From Opitutales bacterium (GTDB lineage Bacteria; Verrucomicrobiota; Verrucomicrobiia; Opitutales; UBA953), in contig JBBAUX010000009.1 in NCBI GenBank assembly GCA_040398005.1, positions 13,415 to 77,414 of the forward strand: 64,000 bases of DNA, read 5' to 3'. The translations under genes and the position numbers were made by a program. The notes below the pieces were generated by a model. It searched no databases and was not told where the DNA came from. It saw only the letters and a list, made by a program, of their open reading frames with translations. Below, one piece after another: positions 31,886 to 43,044 of this stretch (the stretch's first letter is position 1; each line of letters starts with the position of its first letter).

Positions 31886-34441
31886 TTATGATTGAGGAAT
31901 CGGCAGTGGTTTCGCCTTCCAAATATGCGTGGCATAATCATTAATCGAACGATCCGACGAGAATTTTGCGCAGCGGGCGACGTTGCGTATGGCCATGGCC
32001 GCCCAGCGACGACGATCCGTAAAAGCAATCTCTGCCTTCTCCTGGGCTTCGACATAACTTCGGAAATCGGCTAAGACCAAATAAGGGTCACCCCCTTCAA
32101 CCAACGAGTCGGCCACGGGCGATAAGGCGCCCGGTTGCTCAGGCGTGAAGGTATCAGAACGCAACCAGTCTAGTATCGCAGCTAATTCAGAGTCCTTATT
32201 TAAAACCTCTTGGGGCGAATATCCATTTAAATGGAGTTGCGCGACTTCTTCCACCTGCAGACCGAAAATAAACATATTATCGTCACCCACTTCTTCGTGA
32301 ATTTCAACATTCGCACCATCGAGTGTTCCAATCGTGACTGCTCCATTGAGCGCTAACTTCATATTACCCGTACCGGAGGCTTCCTTCCCGGCAGTCGAAA
32401 TCTGTTCGGATAAGTCGGCGGCAGGAATAATTTGTTCAGCTAAAGAAACACGATAGTCAGGCAAGTAGACCACTTTTAATAAACCGCGCACGCGGGGGTC
32501 GTGATTAATGACCATGGCAACGCGGTTAATGGCGTGGATAATGTGTTTCGCGAGCGCATAACCCGGAGCAGCCTTCGCCCCAAAAATACAAACTCGAGAC
32601 TGGAATTGAGTGTGCGGATTATTTAAAATCTTTCGATACAAGTAAAGGATGTGCAGTAAGTTAAGGTGCTGTCGCTTGTACTCATGCAGACGCTTAATCT
32701 GTACGTCAAACATGGCATCGGGCGAAACTTCCACGCCCACCAATTCTTTTATTTTGGCCGCTAACTTTACTTTATTAGCATGTTTAATCCCCATGAACTC
32801 GGCTTGAAAATCGGGTCGATCCGCCAAAGTGTCGAATTTCTTTAGTCGAGATAAATCAGTTTCCCATCCGTGTCCCGCAACCTCATCGCAAAGATGACCT
32901 AAAGCTGGATTGCAGCCGCGAATCCAGCGGCGCGGAGTGACTCCGTTCGTCACATTAATAAATTTTCCTGGCCAAAGTTGATCGAAACTGGCGAAGAGAT
33001 GTTCGCGTAATAAACGGGTATGCAATTCGGCCACCCCGTTGACATGATGCGACCCTACCACGGCGAGGTGCGCCATGCGTACACGTTTGACCGAGCCCTC
33101 TTGGATAATCGAAAGTTCGGCTTTCTTTTCGTTGTCACCCGGCCAGCGACGATCCACCGCTTCTAAATGTCGGCGGTTAATTTCATAAATAATTTCTAAG
33201 TGCCGCGGGAGGACTTTTTCGAAAAGGGGTACGGACCAAGTTTCCAGCGCTTCAGGCAAGAGAGTATGGTTCGTGTAACTGAAAATCTTCGTACAAAGAT
33301 TCCACGCGTGATCCCATCCAAGACGATGCTCATCCACCAATAACCGCATTAATTCCGCGACCGCCACGGAGGGGTGCGTGTCATTTAATTGCACCGCAAT
33401 CTTGTCGGGCAGATGATCAAAACTTTTATTCAGCCGAAGATAACGACGGAGAATATCCTGCAACGAACAAGATACAAAAAAGATTTGTTGGACCAATCGG
33501 AGTTCTTTTCCGCTTTCGGTACTGTCATTCGGATAAAGAACTTTGGAGATAGTTTCACTGATATCGCGTTCGCGCACCGCTTCCACATAGCCCCCACGAT
33601 CAAAAGCACGGAAATCAAACTCGGTCGTCGCCCGCGATTCCCACAAGCGGAGGAAGTTCACACTCGAAGCATTAAAACCGGCAATCGGAATATCCCAAGG
33701 CACTCCGAGTAAATCCTTGGTCTCCACTAATTCAGAGAGATGATTACCACAGTCGTCGATTTTGTTGACCACGCGTCCATAAAGCGGAACGCGGACGTTT
33801 AAATTAGGACGGCGAATCAACCAGGGATTATTATTCGAGAGCCACGCATCGGCTACTTCGACCTGACGACCATTCACAAATGTCTGACGGAATAATCCAA
33901 ATTCATAATGGATCCCATAACCGACGGCCGGGATATCCATCGTGGCTAACGAATCAAGGAAACACGCCGCCAAGCGACCCAAGCCACCATTGCCCAAGCC
34001 CATATCCGCTTCATCATCCGCAATGACTTCCAAGTCTTGACCCAAATTTTTCAAGGCCATACTGGCCACCTGACGCATCCGCAAATTTACTAAATTATTA
34101 GTGAGGACCCGTCCCATTAAATATTCTAAAGATAAATAATAAACGCGGCGGACATTATTATTCGCATGCTCGGCTTGCGTGGCGATGTAACGCTCGAGCA
34201 TGAGATCGCGTGCCGCCATGGAGGTAGCCAGCCACCAATCATTCCGCGTCGCCGTGATGGGGTCACGTGCGAAAGTACTTTTTAGGTGACGTAAAATTGC
34301 ATCACGAAAGATGGCTACGTCCTGTTCATTCGGGGTCGTGGGCCGATGCGCTGCGACGGACGACTTGTTCGTGGCGATTTCTTTCGCGGGACGCGACTTT
34401 GCTTGGGTCGACTTCAAAGAGGATTTCTTTTTCGAAGGCAT
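31886..34441 (-). CDS. glgP: Glycogen/starch phosphorylase
   Basis: [41 protein letters not shown]. Start placed at MPSKKK. Confidence 0.96.
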   Translation of the reverse strand: MPSKKKSSLKSTQAKSRPAKEIATNKSSVAAHRPTTPNEQDVAIFRDAILRHLKSTFARDPITATRNDWWLATSMAARDLMLERYIATQAEHANNNVRRVYYLSLEYLMGRVLTNNLVNLRMRQVASMALKNLGQDLEVIADDEADMGLGNGGLGRLAACFLDSLATMDIPAVGYGIHYEFGLFRQTFVNGRQVEVADAWLSNNNPWLIRRPNLNVRVPLYGRVVNKIDDCGNHLSELVETKDLLGVPWDIPIAGFNASSVNFLRLWESRATTEFDFRAFDRGGYVEAVRERDISETISKVLYPNDSTESGKELRLVQQIFFVSCSLQDILRRYLRLNKSFDHLPDKIAVQLNDTHPSVAVAELMRLLVDEHRLGWDHAWNLCTKIFSYTNHTLLPEALETWSVPLFEKVLPRHLEIIYEINRRHLEAVDRRWPGDNEKKAELSIIQEGSVKRVRMAHLAVVGSHHVNGVAELHTRLLREHLFASFDQLWPGKFINVTNGVTPRRWIRGCNPALGHLCDEVAGHGWETDLSRLKKFDTLADRPDFQAEFMGIKHANKVKLAAKIKELVGVEVSPDAMFDVQIKRLHEYKRQHLNLLHILYLYRKILNNPHTQFQSRVCIFGAKAAPGYALAKHIIHAINRVAMVINHDPRVRGLLKVVYLPDYRVSLAEQIIPAADLSEQISTAGKEASGTGNMKLALNGAVTIGTLDGANVEIHEEVGDDNMFIFGLQVEEVAQLHLNGYSPQEVLNKDSELAAILDWLRSDTFTPEQPGALSPVADSLVEGGDPYLVLADFRSYVEAQEKAEIAFTDRRRWAAMAIRNVARCAKFSSDRSINDYATHIWKAKPLPIPQS

Positions 34442-34491
34442 TGTTGTATTTAAAACATAGAGGCAATAGCCACAAGCGAGCCAAAACCGCC

Positions 34492-36810
34492 TCAACCCCC
34501 TGCCAACTGCTTTAAGGTATTTAAATCAAGCTTACCCGTGCCCAAAATCGGCATCTTCGGTACTTTTTTAAACAATTTGGGTACCCACAGGTTCGGTAGT
34601 CCCGCCGCAACCAAACCCTGCCTCACGCCTTCCGTATCCATGTCCATCGTATGTAAAACGACTAGTTGCTCACCCTTTTGTGGATCGACCTGCGAACTCA
34701 CCGCTAAAACAATCTCTGCGGCCCCTTCTAGATTTAAAACTTTTAAAATGGCCTGCTCAATCGTGCCGTGCGGAACCATCTCGCCGCCCATTTTCGAAAA
34801 TCGAGAAAGTCGCCCCGCTAAATATAAAAATCCATTTTCATCCATACGAGCGAGATCACCCGTACGATACCATCCATCAACTAAGGCTTCACGCGTACGA
34901 TGGGGATCACCCAAATACTGATTAAAAATATTCACTCCTCGAACTTCGAGTAATCCGGTCTCACCCGGTACTAAAATTTCGTTCGTGTCCACGTCACGAA
35001 AGCGAACGGCAATCCCGATCAGTGGTCGACCAACCGAACCGATTTGATGTCCCTGCCAAACCCCACCCGGCGCTCCGGCATCCACTTGATTGGGCACATT
35101 AACCGAAATTACCGGACTGGCCTCCGTGATACCGTATCCTTCCAGCATAGGCGTATCTAGCTCATCGCTAAAACCTTTAACCAAATCATCAGGTAGTTTT
35201 TCGGCTCCAGCCACCACCCACTCCAAAGTTTTTAAATCCTCTTTCGTTGCCCGACGCAGATAGGGACGAAGAAAAGTCGGCGTACCCACCGTAATAGTCA
35301 CCCCCTCCTCTTTAATCGCGTTAACACAGGTCACGGTGTCCAATGGAGATGGTGTCGTTATCAGGACAGTTTCGCGGGAGAGCGCATACCAAATGCCTAT
35401 GGTAAAACCAAAGCTATGAAACACCGGTAAACTGGATAAAAGTTTAGAGCGATCCGGAAGAATATCTGAATCCTCAATCTGGGTTAAGTTCGCGAGAAGG
35501 TTTCGATGACTTAAAACCACTCCCTTCGGATCACCCGAACTTCCACTGGTAAATAGTACGGCCGCTTCTGCATCGCCCCCTCGACGGGGAATCCCCAACA
35601 GCGTACTCGCTAAACTTGTCGGCAAAAACGGCAAGAGCCCAAGCAGACTCAGTAGTTTCCACTTTTTAATTTCCTGTAAGCGAGTACCGATATCGATGAA
35701 ATTCTCTGACCAAGGAAACTCCGGAAATTTTTCGCTTAATTTCTCCTTAAAAGCCAAAGCAGAAATCATATAGTCGACCTCCGCTTGTTTCAAACAATGG
35801 AGCACCTGCTTTCGGCCCAACGTGAAATTAATATTCACCGGTACTTTATTCGCCAAGACACAGGCCAGATTCGCAATCGTTGCACCAACACCCGGGGGAA
35901 GGACAATCGCCACCCGCTCTTTACGCGTAGATTTTTTGAGCGTTTGCGCAAAAAACCAGGAAAGTAAAAGTAGTAAATAGCCAGAAAAACTTTTGCGCTT
36001 TTCCGTTCGATCAACCAGCGCCGTACTCATCCCTTTGGTCATCAGGCCCCGAACCACATCCTGCGCTAAATGCCCCTGTAACGAAGGCCTTAAACTAAAA
36101 GCGGTCGACGCTAATTCGAGTAATTTAAATCGAGTGGTGGCGTACTCACTCGCCGCATAGGGCTGACCCCAAACTGCCGAAACCGAACGACGAAAATGTT
36201 TAGGCATTTTCCAAAAAAACTTCCCACCGCGAAAACTAAAAATGGATCCCCATAGTCCATCAATCGCGACCGGCATGATGGGTACATTAGCCCGACGGGC
36301 AATGAGTTCGAATCCCCTGCTTAACGGCAAGATACCACCATTACGCGTCACATGTCCCTCGGGAAAAATACAAACGACCTCGCCCGCTTTGAGCGCATCC
36401 GAAGCTTTATGAATCGCGTCTTTCGCTTTTGATTCCGCTACGGGAATGGTACGCATCGTACGCATAATGAGTCGCGTTATCCACGAACGCTCAAAACTCT
36501 CATGAGATAAAAATTTTATGGGACGAGGAGATAGAACGCCTAAGATAATAACATCCACGTAAGAAACATGGTTACATACTAAAAGCACCCCGCCCTCCTT
36601 CGGCATATTTTCCACTCCCATAGCACGTACTCTATACACCATGCGTACTAAAATTAAGAACGCCGTTTGTAGAAAAAAATAAAACCACCACATGGACGGA
36701 TGCTTATTTTTTCCACGCCAAAGAGAACAAATCACAAATAGTACAAAGAGTCCGAACGCTAACGTCAGCAAACCCACCAAGAATATACTGATAAACAATA
36801 ATACCTGCAC
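34492..36810 (-). CDS. aas: Aas-like acyltransferase / acyl-ACP synthetase
   Basis: PlsC motifs NHVSYVD and FPEG, plus AMP-binding [32 protein letters not shown]. Confidence 0.88.
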   Translation of the reverse strand: MQVLLFISIFLVGLLTLAFGLFVLFVICSLWRGKNKHPSMWWFYFFLQTAFLILVRMVYRVRAMGVENMPKEGGVLLVCNHVSYVDVIILGVLSPRPIKFLSHESFERSWITRLIMRTMRTIPVAESKAKDAIHKASDALKAGEVVCIFPEGHVTRNGGILPLSRGFELIARRANVPIMPVAIDGLWGSIFSFRGGKFFWKMPKHFRRSVSAVWGQPYAASEYATTRFKLLELASTAFSLRPSLQGHLAQDVVRGLMTKGMSTALVDRTEKRKSFSGYLLLLLSWFFAQTLKKSTRKERVAIVLPPGVGATIANLACVLANKVPVNINFTLGRKQVLHCLKQAEVDYMISALAFKEKLSEKFPEFPWSENFIDIGTRLQEIKKWKLLSLLGLLPFLPTSLASTLLGIPRRGGDAEAAVLFTSGSSGDPKGVVLSHRNLLANLTQIEDSDILPDRSKLLSSLPVFHSFGFTIGIWYALSRETVLITTPSPLDTVTCVNAIKEEGVTITVGTPTFLRPYLRRATKEDLKTLEWVVAGAEKLPDDLVKGFSDELDTPMLEGYGITEASPVISVNVPNQVDAGAPGGVWQGHQIGSVGRPLIGIAVRFRDVDTNEILVPGETGLLEVRGVNIFNQYLGDPHRTREALVDGWYRTGDLARMDENGFLYLAGRLSRFSKMGGEMVPHGTIEQAILKVLNLEGAAEIVLAVSSQVDPQKGEQLVVLHTMDMDTEGVRQGLVAAGLPNLWVPKLFKKVPKMPILGTGKLDLNTLKQLAGG

Positions 36811-36902
36811 TCCATCGTATTAAGAGAAGTTGTCTAATGGTGCAAGCCGAGTCCTTTCGAGATTGACCCCTCCCCATTAAACGTTGGCTTTAATTCTCTC
36901 GC

Positions 36903-38135
36903 ATGCGCGACTACGTCCTTAGGCGGCTACTCTTGATTCCCTTAACTTTCTTCGGGATTACTTTGGTCGCTTTTCTCATGACCCGACTGGTGCCGGGTGG
37001 ACCAATCGAACGAGCGATGGCCGAGAAAGTTCAAGCCCAGCAAAAAATGGTCGGAAGAGTCGGCTTATCCGCCAGCGGTCCCGCCTCGCCCGAAGAACTC
37101 GATAATCTTAAACGACAATATGGTTTCGATCGCCCAGCCCTCGAAGCCTATGGAATTTGGCTTGGTATCCTACGCGGACAAAACAACGGGTCCATCACCC
37201 GACTTGATTCCCACGGTCGCGGTGAGGTGGAAGTAATGTCGTCCCAACCCGCATCGACCCAAAAAATAATCGTTCAAAAAAATCTCCAAGGTGAATTAAA
37301 CATAATCACCAAACAGCCAACAGATTTAAGTCCGTGGAAGGTCGAAGCGGCACCCTTAGCTGGCGATACCGATAAAACTCTACGCGTGATTGTTTTTCAG
37401 TCACAGTTCCACGGAATCCTCCAAGGTAATTTCGGTCAATCCACCGAAAGCGATAAACCAGTCATCGCCTTAATTCTACAAAAACTTCCACTCTCCCTCT
37501 GGTTTGGTTTTTGGGGCATGCTGATCGCCTACTTTGTCGCCGTCCCCCTCGGCATCAGCAAAGCGATTCGCCATGGCTCACTCTTCGATAGTCTCTCATC
37601 GGTGGGGATCTTTTTTGGTTTCGCGGTTCCAGGATTTGTCCTAGCGCTCAGCGGATTATACTTATTCTGCTTCCATTTCACCCTCCTACCCCACTCGGGC
37701 TTCAATTGGAACGAACCCATCAGGTCGACCATTCTTCCGTTAGCTTGTCAAAGCGCCGGTGCGTTTGCCGCCATGACGATGTTCATGAAAAATAGTCTGC
37801 TCGATAATCTCTCTGCCGACTACATGCGCACCGCTAAAGCCAAAGGAGTCAGCTCACGCCGCGCCCTCTATGTCCACGCCTTCCGAAATTCGATCATCCC
37901 ATTAGCCGCATCCTTCGGACAAAATCTCGGCTTCTTTCTCACGGGCTCATTCCTGATTGAGTACACCTTCGATATCGATGGCATCGGACTTTTAAGTTAT
38001 GATTCCTTAGTTCATCGTGACTTCCCCGTCTTTCTCGGACTACTCACGATTTCAAGTATCGTTCTCCTCATTGGAAATATTCTTTCCGACCTCTGCGTTG
38101 CCGCCGTGGACCCACGCATTCGTTTCCAAAAATGA
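36903..38135 (+). CDS. Peptide ABC transporter permease (YejB/OppB-like)
   Basis: YVLRRLLL, VPGGP, YGFDRP, DYMRTAKAKG, HAFRNS, DPRI. Confidence 0.9.
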   Translation: MRDYVLRRLLLIPLTFFGITLVAFLMTRLVPGGPIERAMAEKVQAQQKMVGRVGLSASGPASPEELDNLKRQYGFDRPALEAYGIWLGILRGQNNGSITRLDSHGRGEVEVMSSQPASTQKIIVQKNLQGELNIITKQPTDLSPWKVEAAPLAGDTDKTLRVIVFQSQFHGILQGNFGQSTESDKPVIALILQKLPLSLWFGFWGMLIAYFVAVPLGISKAIRHGSLFDSLSSVGIFFGFAVPGFVLALSGLYLFCFHFTLLPHSGFNWNEPIRSTILPLACQSAGAFAAMTMFMKNSLLDNLSADYMRTAKAKGVSSRRALYVHAFRNSIIPLAASFGQNLGFFLTGSFLIEYTFDIDGIGLLSYDSLVHRDFPVFLGLLTISSIVLLIGNILSDLCVAAVDPRIRFQK

Positions 38136-39433
38136 TTTCGTTCAGTCCGATCACTCAACGCCGCTTCGCGAAATTCCGTACTATCAAACGTGCTTGGTAT
38201 TCACTGATTATTATGAGCGCATTGTGCCTCCTGGCACTACTCGGCCCCCTCTTAGTTGGCTCAAGCGCCCTCGTCGTTAAATACCAAGATCAATATCGAT
38301 TCCCCATCGTGGAGAGCGCCATCAGCGGACGGGAATTCGGATTAACCCAAGACATCGAACCCAACTATCGCAGACTTAAAATTATATTTAAGGAAAAGGC
38401 AGCGGGAGATTGGGCCCTGCTCCCACTGATACCGTTTTCTCCCACCGAAGTCTCCGAAGTGTATTTGCCCGTTAAATCAAAAATTGAAGGTAAAAATAAT
38501 ATCTACGTTCATCCCGACGACTCGGTCATTCTTGATAGTAGAATTTTTATTTTAAATACGGATGGCACCCGCGGCAGCACTTGGTCGGTACAAAATGGTA
38601 AGCTCGATGGCGAGTTCCGCATTCGCGATCAACAAGGTGAAACACTTCTGCTCAGTAAATTCGTTAACAACGTCCCCGAAAAAACCATAGCCAATCATCA
38701 AGAGATCCCGCCCAATAATCTCTCTACTTTTGTTCCCTACCCGAGTGCCCCAGGTCTCGATGGTCACCTCTTAGGTACCGATGAATCAGGACATGATGTA
38801 CTTGCCCGACTTTTCGGCGGCTTTCAAATCCTCCTCATCGCTTCACTCATCTACATGATCGCGAGTTACACCATCGGCCTAATCTTGGGTGCAGCCATGG
38901 GTTATTGGGCCGGATGGTTCGACCTCATCATGCAACGCATCATCGAGATTTGGTCTAACATTCCCTTCCTCTACGTGATTGTTTTTCTGGCGACACTCTT
39001 TGAACCGAATTTATTTATTCTCGTCTTAATCCTCGTCGCTTTTTCTTGGATGGGTATCGCCCATCAAATGCGCGCCGCCGCTTATCGTGAAGCTGCCCGC
39101 GATTACGTTGCCGCCGCCCGAGCACTCGGGGCATCGGACTGGAGAATTCTCACCCGTCACATCCTGCCCAATTCAATGTCCGTTATCATTACCATGGCAC
39201 CCTTTAGTATCGCCGCCGTCGTAGCGTCATTAGCGTCCCTCGATTATTTGGGATTTGGCCTTCCACCGACGACGCCTTCCTGGGGAGACTTACTCCGCCA
39301 AGGTAAAGAAAATTGGAACGCCTGGTGGATTATCACCTCAACCGTCACCTGCATGGTCTCCATTCTCATCATGGTTAATTTCATCGGCGAAGGATTACGC
39401 GAAGCCTTCCATGGAAAGGAAAATCAATCATGA
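38132..39433 (+). CDS. Peptide ABC transporter permease (YejE/OppC-like)
   Basis: HLLGTDESGHDVLARL, DYVAAARALGAS, HILPN, PSWGDLL. Confidence 0.9.
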   Translation: MISFSPITQRRFAKFRTIKRAWYSLIIMSALCLLALLGPLLVGSSALVVKYQDQYRFPIVESAISGREFGLTQDIEPNYRRLKIIFKEKAAGDWALLPLIPFSPTEVSEVYLPVKSKIEGKNNIYVHPDDSVILDSRIFILNTDGTRGSTWSVQNGKLDGEFRIRDQQGETLLLSKFVNNVPEKTIANHQEIPPNNLSTFVPYPSAPGLDGHLLGTDESGHDVLARLFGGFQILLIASLIYMIASYTIGLILGAAMGYWAGWFDLIMQRIIEIWSNIPFLYVIVFLATLFEPNLFILVLILVAFSWMGIAHQMRAAAYREAARDYVAAARALGASDWRILTRHILPNSMSVIITMAPFSIAAVVASLASLDYLGFGLPPTTPSWGDLLRQGKENWNAWWIITSTVTCMVSILIMVNFIGEGLREAFHGKENQS

Positions 39434-41361
39434 AAAAGTTCTTCCTCACCTCAGTAGTCTATGGGTTATTTTTTATCGCCCGTGCCGAAACGCATTCCCT
39501 CGAGGTGTATCAAGATCCGCAAGCCCAAGCGTATTATCAAAAAAAATCAGGTTTCTTCCGACTGAGCTCACCCGATAAAATTCCAGAAAATTTAAAATGG
39601 GTGACCGATCCCCAAGAGCCCATCTTTGCCGACCCTCAAGCCAAACGCGGCGGAGTTCTTAATTATTTTATTAATAGTACGCCGCCGGTCCTCCGTCGCG
39701 TCGGCCCCAATTCCAATAATAGTTTCCGAGGAATCGCTTACGATGGTAACGACTTCTCGCTCATCACCCTGCACCCCAATTCTCTGAAACCGATTCCTTG
39801 TCTGGCTGAAAGTTGGGCCATCTCCGAAGACGGACTTACGGTCTACTTCAAACTCAATCCGCGAGCGAAATTTACCGACGGTCAACCCATCAGCGCCGAC
39901 GACTACCTGTACACCTTCTACTTCTATCAGTCACCTTGGATCAATGCCCCTTGGTATAACGATTTCTACACCAAGGAATTCGCCGGAATCACGAAGTACG
40001 ATGACCACACCATCGCCATTCACTTACCCGCCAAAAAGCCCGACCCCTTAAACATTCTCGGATCTATTAGTCCAACTCCTCGACAGTTTTATAAAAACTT
40101 CGGACCCGACTACTGCAAAGTGTATGCTGATCGTTTCCAACCCACAACCGGCGCATACACCATCCCCGATGAAGATTTTGTGCGCGGACAACGCGTAACA
40201 CAGCGTCGTATTCCCTATTGGTGGGGCGACGACGAACGCTACACGGCTCATCGATATAACGTCGATGCTATCGATTTTAAAGTCATCCGTGAAATGGATA
40301 AAGCTCACCAAATTTTCCTCCAAGGAGAATGCGATTTATTCTTCATGGGCACACCGAAATTTTGGTACGGCGCGAACACCACCGAACCCTACCAAGCCGG
40401 CTTCATTCAAAAAGCACGTTTCTTTAATGACGTACCCCGACCACCCTTCGGCCTTTATATTAATACCCTCAAACCTCTACTCTCCGATTTAAATATTCGT
40501 ATCGGCCTGCAACACGCGACCGATTTTCAAAGAGTCATCGATACTTTTTACCGCGGCGACTTCGAACGTCTCAACCAATTCAGCCAAGGCTACGGCGAAT
40601 TCACTAACCCCTCCATCAAGGCGCGTAAATTTAGTCCTGCCTTAGCCAAAGCCGCCTTCGCCCAAGCTGGCTTCACCGAAGTCGGGTCCGATAGCATTCT
40701 GCACAAGCCCGATGGCACGCGACTTTCGATTCGTTTAACAATGGATGATAGCGAACGCAGAAAATTCCTCCCTACTCTCATCGAATCAGCTAAACTTTGC
40801 GGACTCGAATATCGCCCCGAAGTTCTCGAACACACCACGATGTATCGCAAGGTCATGGAGAAAAATCATGAGCTCTGTTTTTGGGCCTGGGGTGCCACCG
40901 GACTCCAACCCGAACTCTGGCAATCACATCACGGCGATAATGCGGTCGAAAAAACTGTCGACGGTCTACTCGTCGCTAAAAGACAGACGAACAATATTAC
41001 CGGCACACATATTCCTGAACTTTCCGATATCATCGATCGCTTCCGGGCATCGACCGATAAATCCGAAATGATTCAACTGAGCTTTAAAGCCCAACAACTG
41101 ATTCATGATGAAGCGAGTTTCATTCCCGCCTTCTGTGTTCCGAGTTATCGTCTCGCCTACTGGAACTGGTTAAAGTGGCCGGCCCATTTTGATGTCCGCA
41201 CCAGCGATGATCCACTCAGCACCGGCCTGTTTTGGTTAGAACCTAATGAAAAATCCCGCATTCAAACTCTCTTAAAGCGTCCGCAGTGGTTTCAATCGCT
41301 GACTCCGGAGGAAAAACTCCCACCCACGACACAAATTTACGACCAGTGGCGAACTGAATAA
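39430..41361 (+). CDS. Peptide ABC transporter substrate-binding protein (family 5, YejA-like)
   Basis: Signal peptide; DPQAKRGG, LAESW, AKFTDGQPISADD. Confidence 0.88.
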   Translation: MKKFFLTSVVYGLFFIARAETHSLEVYQDPQAQAYYQKKSGFFRLSSPDKIPENLKWVTDPQEPIFADPQAKRGGVLNYFINSTPPVLRRVGPNSNNSFRGIAYDGNDFSLITLHPNSLKPIPCLAESWAISEDGLTVYFKLNPRAKFTDGQPISADDYLYTFYFYQSPWINAPWYNDFYTKEFAGITKYDDHTIAIHLPAKKPDPLNILGSISPTPRQFYKNFGPDYCKVYADRFQPTTGAYTIPDEDFVRGQRVTQRRIPYWWGDDERYTAHRYNVDAIDFKVIREMDKAHQIFLQGECDLFFMGTPKFWYGANTTEPYQAGFIQKARFFNDVPRPPFGLYINTLKPLLSDLNIRIGLQHATDFQRVIDTFYRGDFERLNQFSQGYGEFTNPSIKARKFSPALAKAAFAQAGFTEVGSDSILHKPDGTRLSIRLTMDDSERRKFLPTLIESAKLCGLEYRPEVLEHTTMYRKVMEKNHELCFWAWGATGLQPELWQSHHGDNAVEKTVDGLLVAKRQTNNITGTHIPELSDIIDRFRASTDKSEMIQLSFKAQQLIHDEASFIPAFCVPSYRLAYWNWLKWPAHFDVRTSDDPLSTGLFWLEPNEKSRIQTLLKRPQWFQSLTPEEKLPPTTQIYDQWRTE

Positions 41362-41410
41362 TCAATCTTCTGCCTTCCCCTTCTCGATTTAAACTTTCAT
41401 ACTCACAAAA

Positions 41411-42247
41411 ATGTCGGCTACACCTTTATTAAAAGTTGAAGACCTCACGATTACTTTTCATGCCCATGAAAAAGCTACCGTCGCGGCTTCAGGGGTATCC
41501 TACGAATTAAACAGCGGAGAAGTTCTCGCCGTGGTTGGTGAATCGGGCTCAGGTAAATCGGTTTCCGCCCTCGCCCTCACCCAACTTCTGCCCAGTGCCC
41601 CCACCTGCGTCGTCAGCGGTAAAATAAGTCTCGAAGGCATCAATCTCTTAAGCCTATCCGAAAAAGAGATTTCCAAGTATCGCGGAAAAGTCATCGCCTA
41701 CATTTTCCAAGATCCGGGCACCTCCCTGAATCCAGTTTATTCCGTCGAGTTTCAAATCGCCGAAGCGATTAAAATCCATCGTCCCGAAATCTCCGAGGTG
41801 CACGCCGCGGTCATTCAGTCACTCAATGAGGTTCGTATTCATGAGCCCGAGAAAGTCGCCCAACAATACCCGCATGAACTCTCGGGCGGCATGCAACAAC
41901 GCGTCATGATCGCCATGGCTTTAGCGTGCAATCCTCGCATCTTGGTCGCCGATGAGCCCACCACGGCACTCGACGTCACCATCCAAAAAGAAATCATCGA
42001 TTTACTCGCTCACCTTTGTCGCCAACGCGGCATGAGCATCTTACTCATCACCCACAACTTCGGCATCGTGGCTAATTTCGCCAATCGGGTGATTGTCATG
42101 CGACACGGAAAAGTAGTCGAGACAGGCAGCGCTCAGCATGTTCTCGAAAATCCGACACACCCTTACACCCAAGGACTCATTGCCTGCATTCCGCGACTCG
42201 GACAAAAGCGTCATCGCCTCACCACCCTGCCCACCGACCTCTCCTAA
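41411..42247 (+). CDS. Peptide ABC ATP-binding protein (OppD/DppD-like)
   Basis: GESGSGKS, YPHELSGGMQQR, ADEPTTALD. Confidence 0.93.
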   Translation: MSATPLLKVEDLTITFHAHEKATVAASGVSYELNSGEVLAVVGESGSGKSVSALALTQLLPSAPTCVVSGKISLEGINLLSLSEKEISKYRGKVIAYIFQDPGTSLNPVYSVEFQIAEAIKIHRPEISEVHAAVIQSLNEVRIHEPEKVAQQYPHELSGGMQQRVMIAMALACNPRILVADEPTTALDVTIQKEIIDLLAHLCRQRGMSILLITHNFGIVANFANRVIVMRHGKVVETGSAQHVLENPTHPYTQGLIACIPRLGQKRHRLTTLPTDLS

Positions 42248-42249
42248 AA

Positions 42250-43044
42250 ATGTCTCCCCCTTTATTAGAAGTCAGAAATCTCTCCGTCGATTATCCAGGT
42301 CGGGCTCATTGGTTTTTCCAAAAAAATACTCCGAAGCGGGCCGTCGATAGTATTTCATTCACCATACCCAAAGGTAAGACCGTTGGACTGGTGGGCGAAT
42401 CAGGCTCAGGCAAAAGTACCACGGGTAAATCAATCATTCGCCTCGCCCCCTGCACCGAAGGACAGATTTTGTACGAAGGGGTCGACATCGGAAATAAATC
42501 GAATCGGGATTTCTTACCTTGGCGTAAAAAGATTCAGATGATTTTTCAGGATCCGTATAACTCACTCGATCCACGCTCCGATGTTTTAGGAATTCTCTCC
42601 GAGCCTCTTGAAATTCATTTCCGACAACTCAGCAAAGCCGACCGCGAAGCTCGCTGCGTTGACCTACTCAAAAAAGTAAAACTTCCCGCCGAATACCTCT
42701 ATCGTTATCCCCATGAGTTTTCGGGCGGTCAGCGCCAACGTATCGGCATCGCTCGCGCCTTAGCGGTTGAGCCATCCTTAATCATTTGCGACGAACCCGT
42801 TTCAGCGCTCGATGTTTCCGTGCAGGCCGAAGTGGTTAATTTATTACAAGATCTTCAAGAGCAGTTACAACTAACCTACCTTTTTATCGCGCACGACCTC
42901 GCCGTAGTTGAACACATCAGCGATCACATTTTAGTAATGTCCCAAGGCAAGATTGTTGAGGCTGGCACTCCCGCGCAAATTCTGCAGAACCCCAAGGAGA
43001 AGTACACTAAAACTCTTCTCGCCGCCGTGCCTAAACTTTCATGA
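42250..43044 (+). CDS. Peptide ABC ATP-binding protein (OppF/DppF-like)
   Basis: GESGSGKST, YPHEFSGGQRQR, CDEPVSALD. Confidence 0.93.
   Translation: MSPPLLEVRNLSVDYPGRAHWFFQKNTPKRAVDSISFTIPKGKTVGLVGESGSGKSTTGKSIIRLAPCTEGQILYEGVDIGNKSNRDFLPWRKKIQMIFQDPYNSLDPRSDVLGILSEPLEIHFRQLSKADREARCVDLLKKVKLPAEYLYRYPHEFSGGQRQRIGIARALAVEPSLIICDEPVSALDVSVQAEVVNLLQDLQEQLQLTYLFIAHDLAVVEHISDHILVMSQGKIVEAGTPAQILQNPKEKYTKTLLAAVPKLS

Noticed and set aside
34442..34495. Longer glgP start from the ORF track (MRRFWLACG...)
   Set aside because: It overlaps the aas stop and is not phosphorylase-like; ATG34441 is more plausible.
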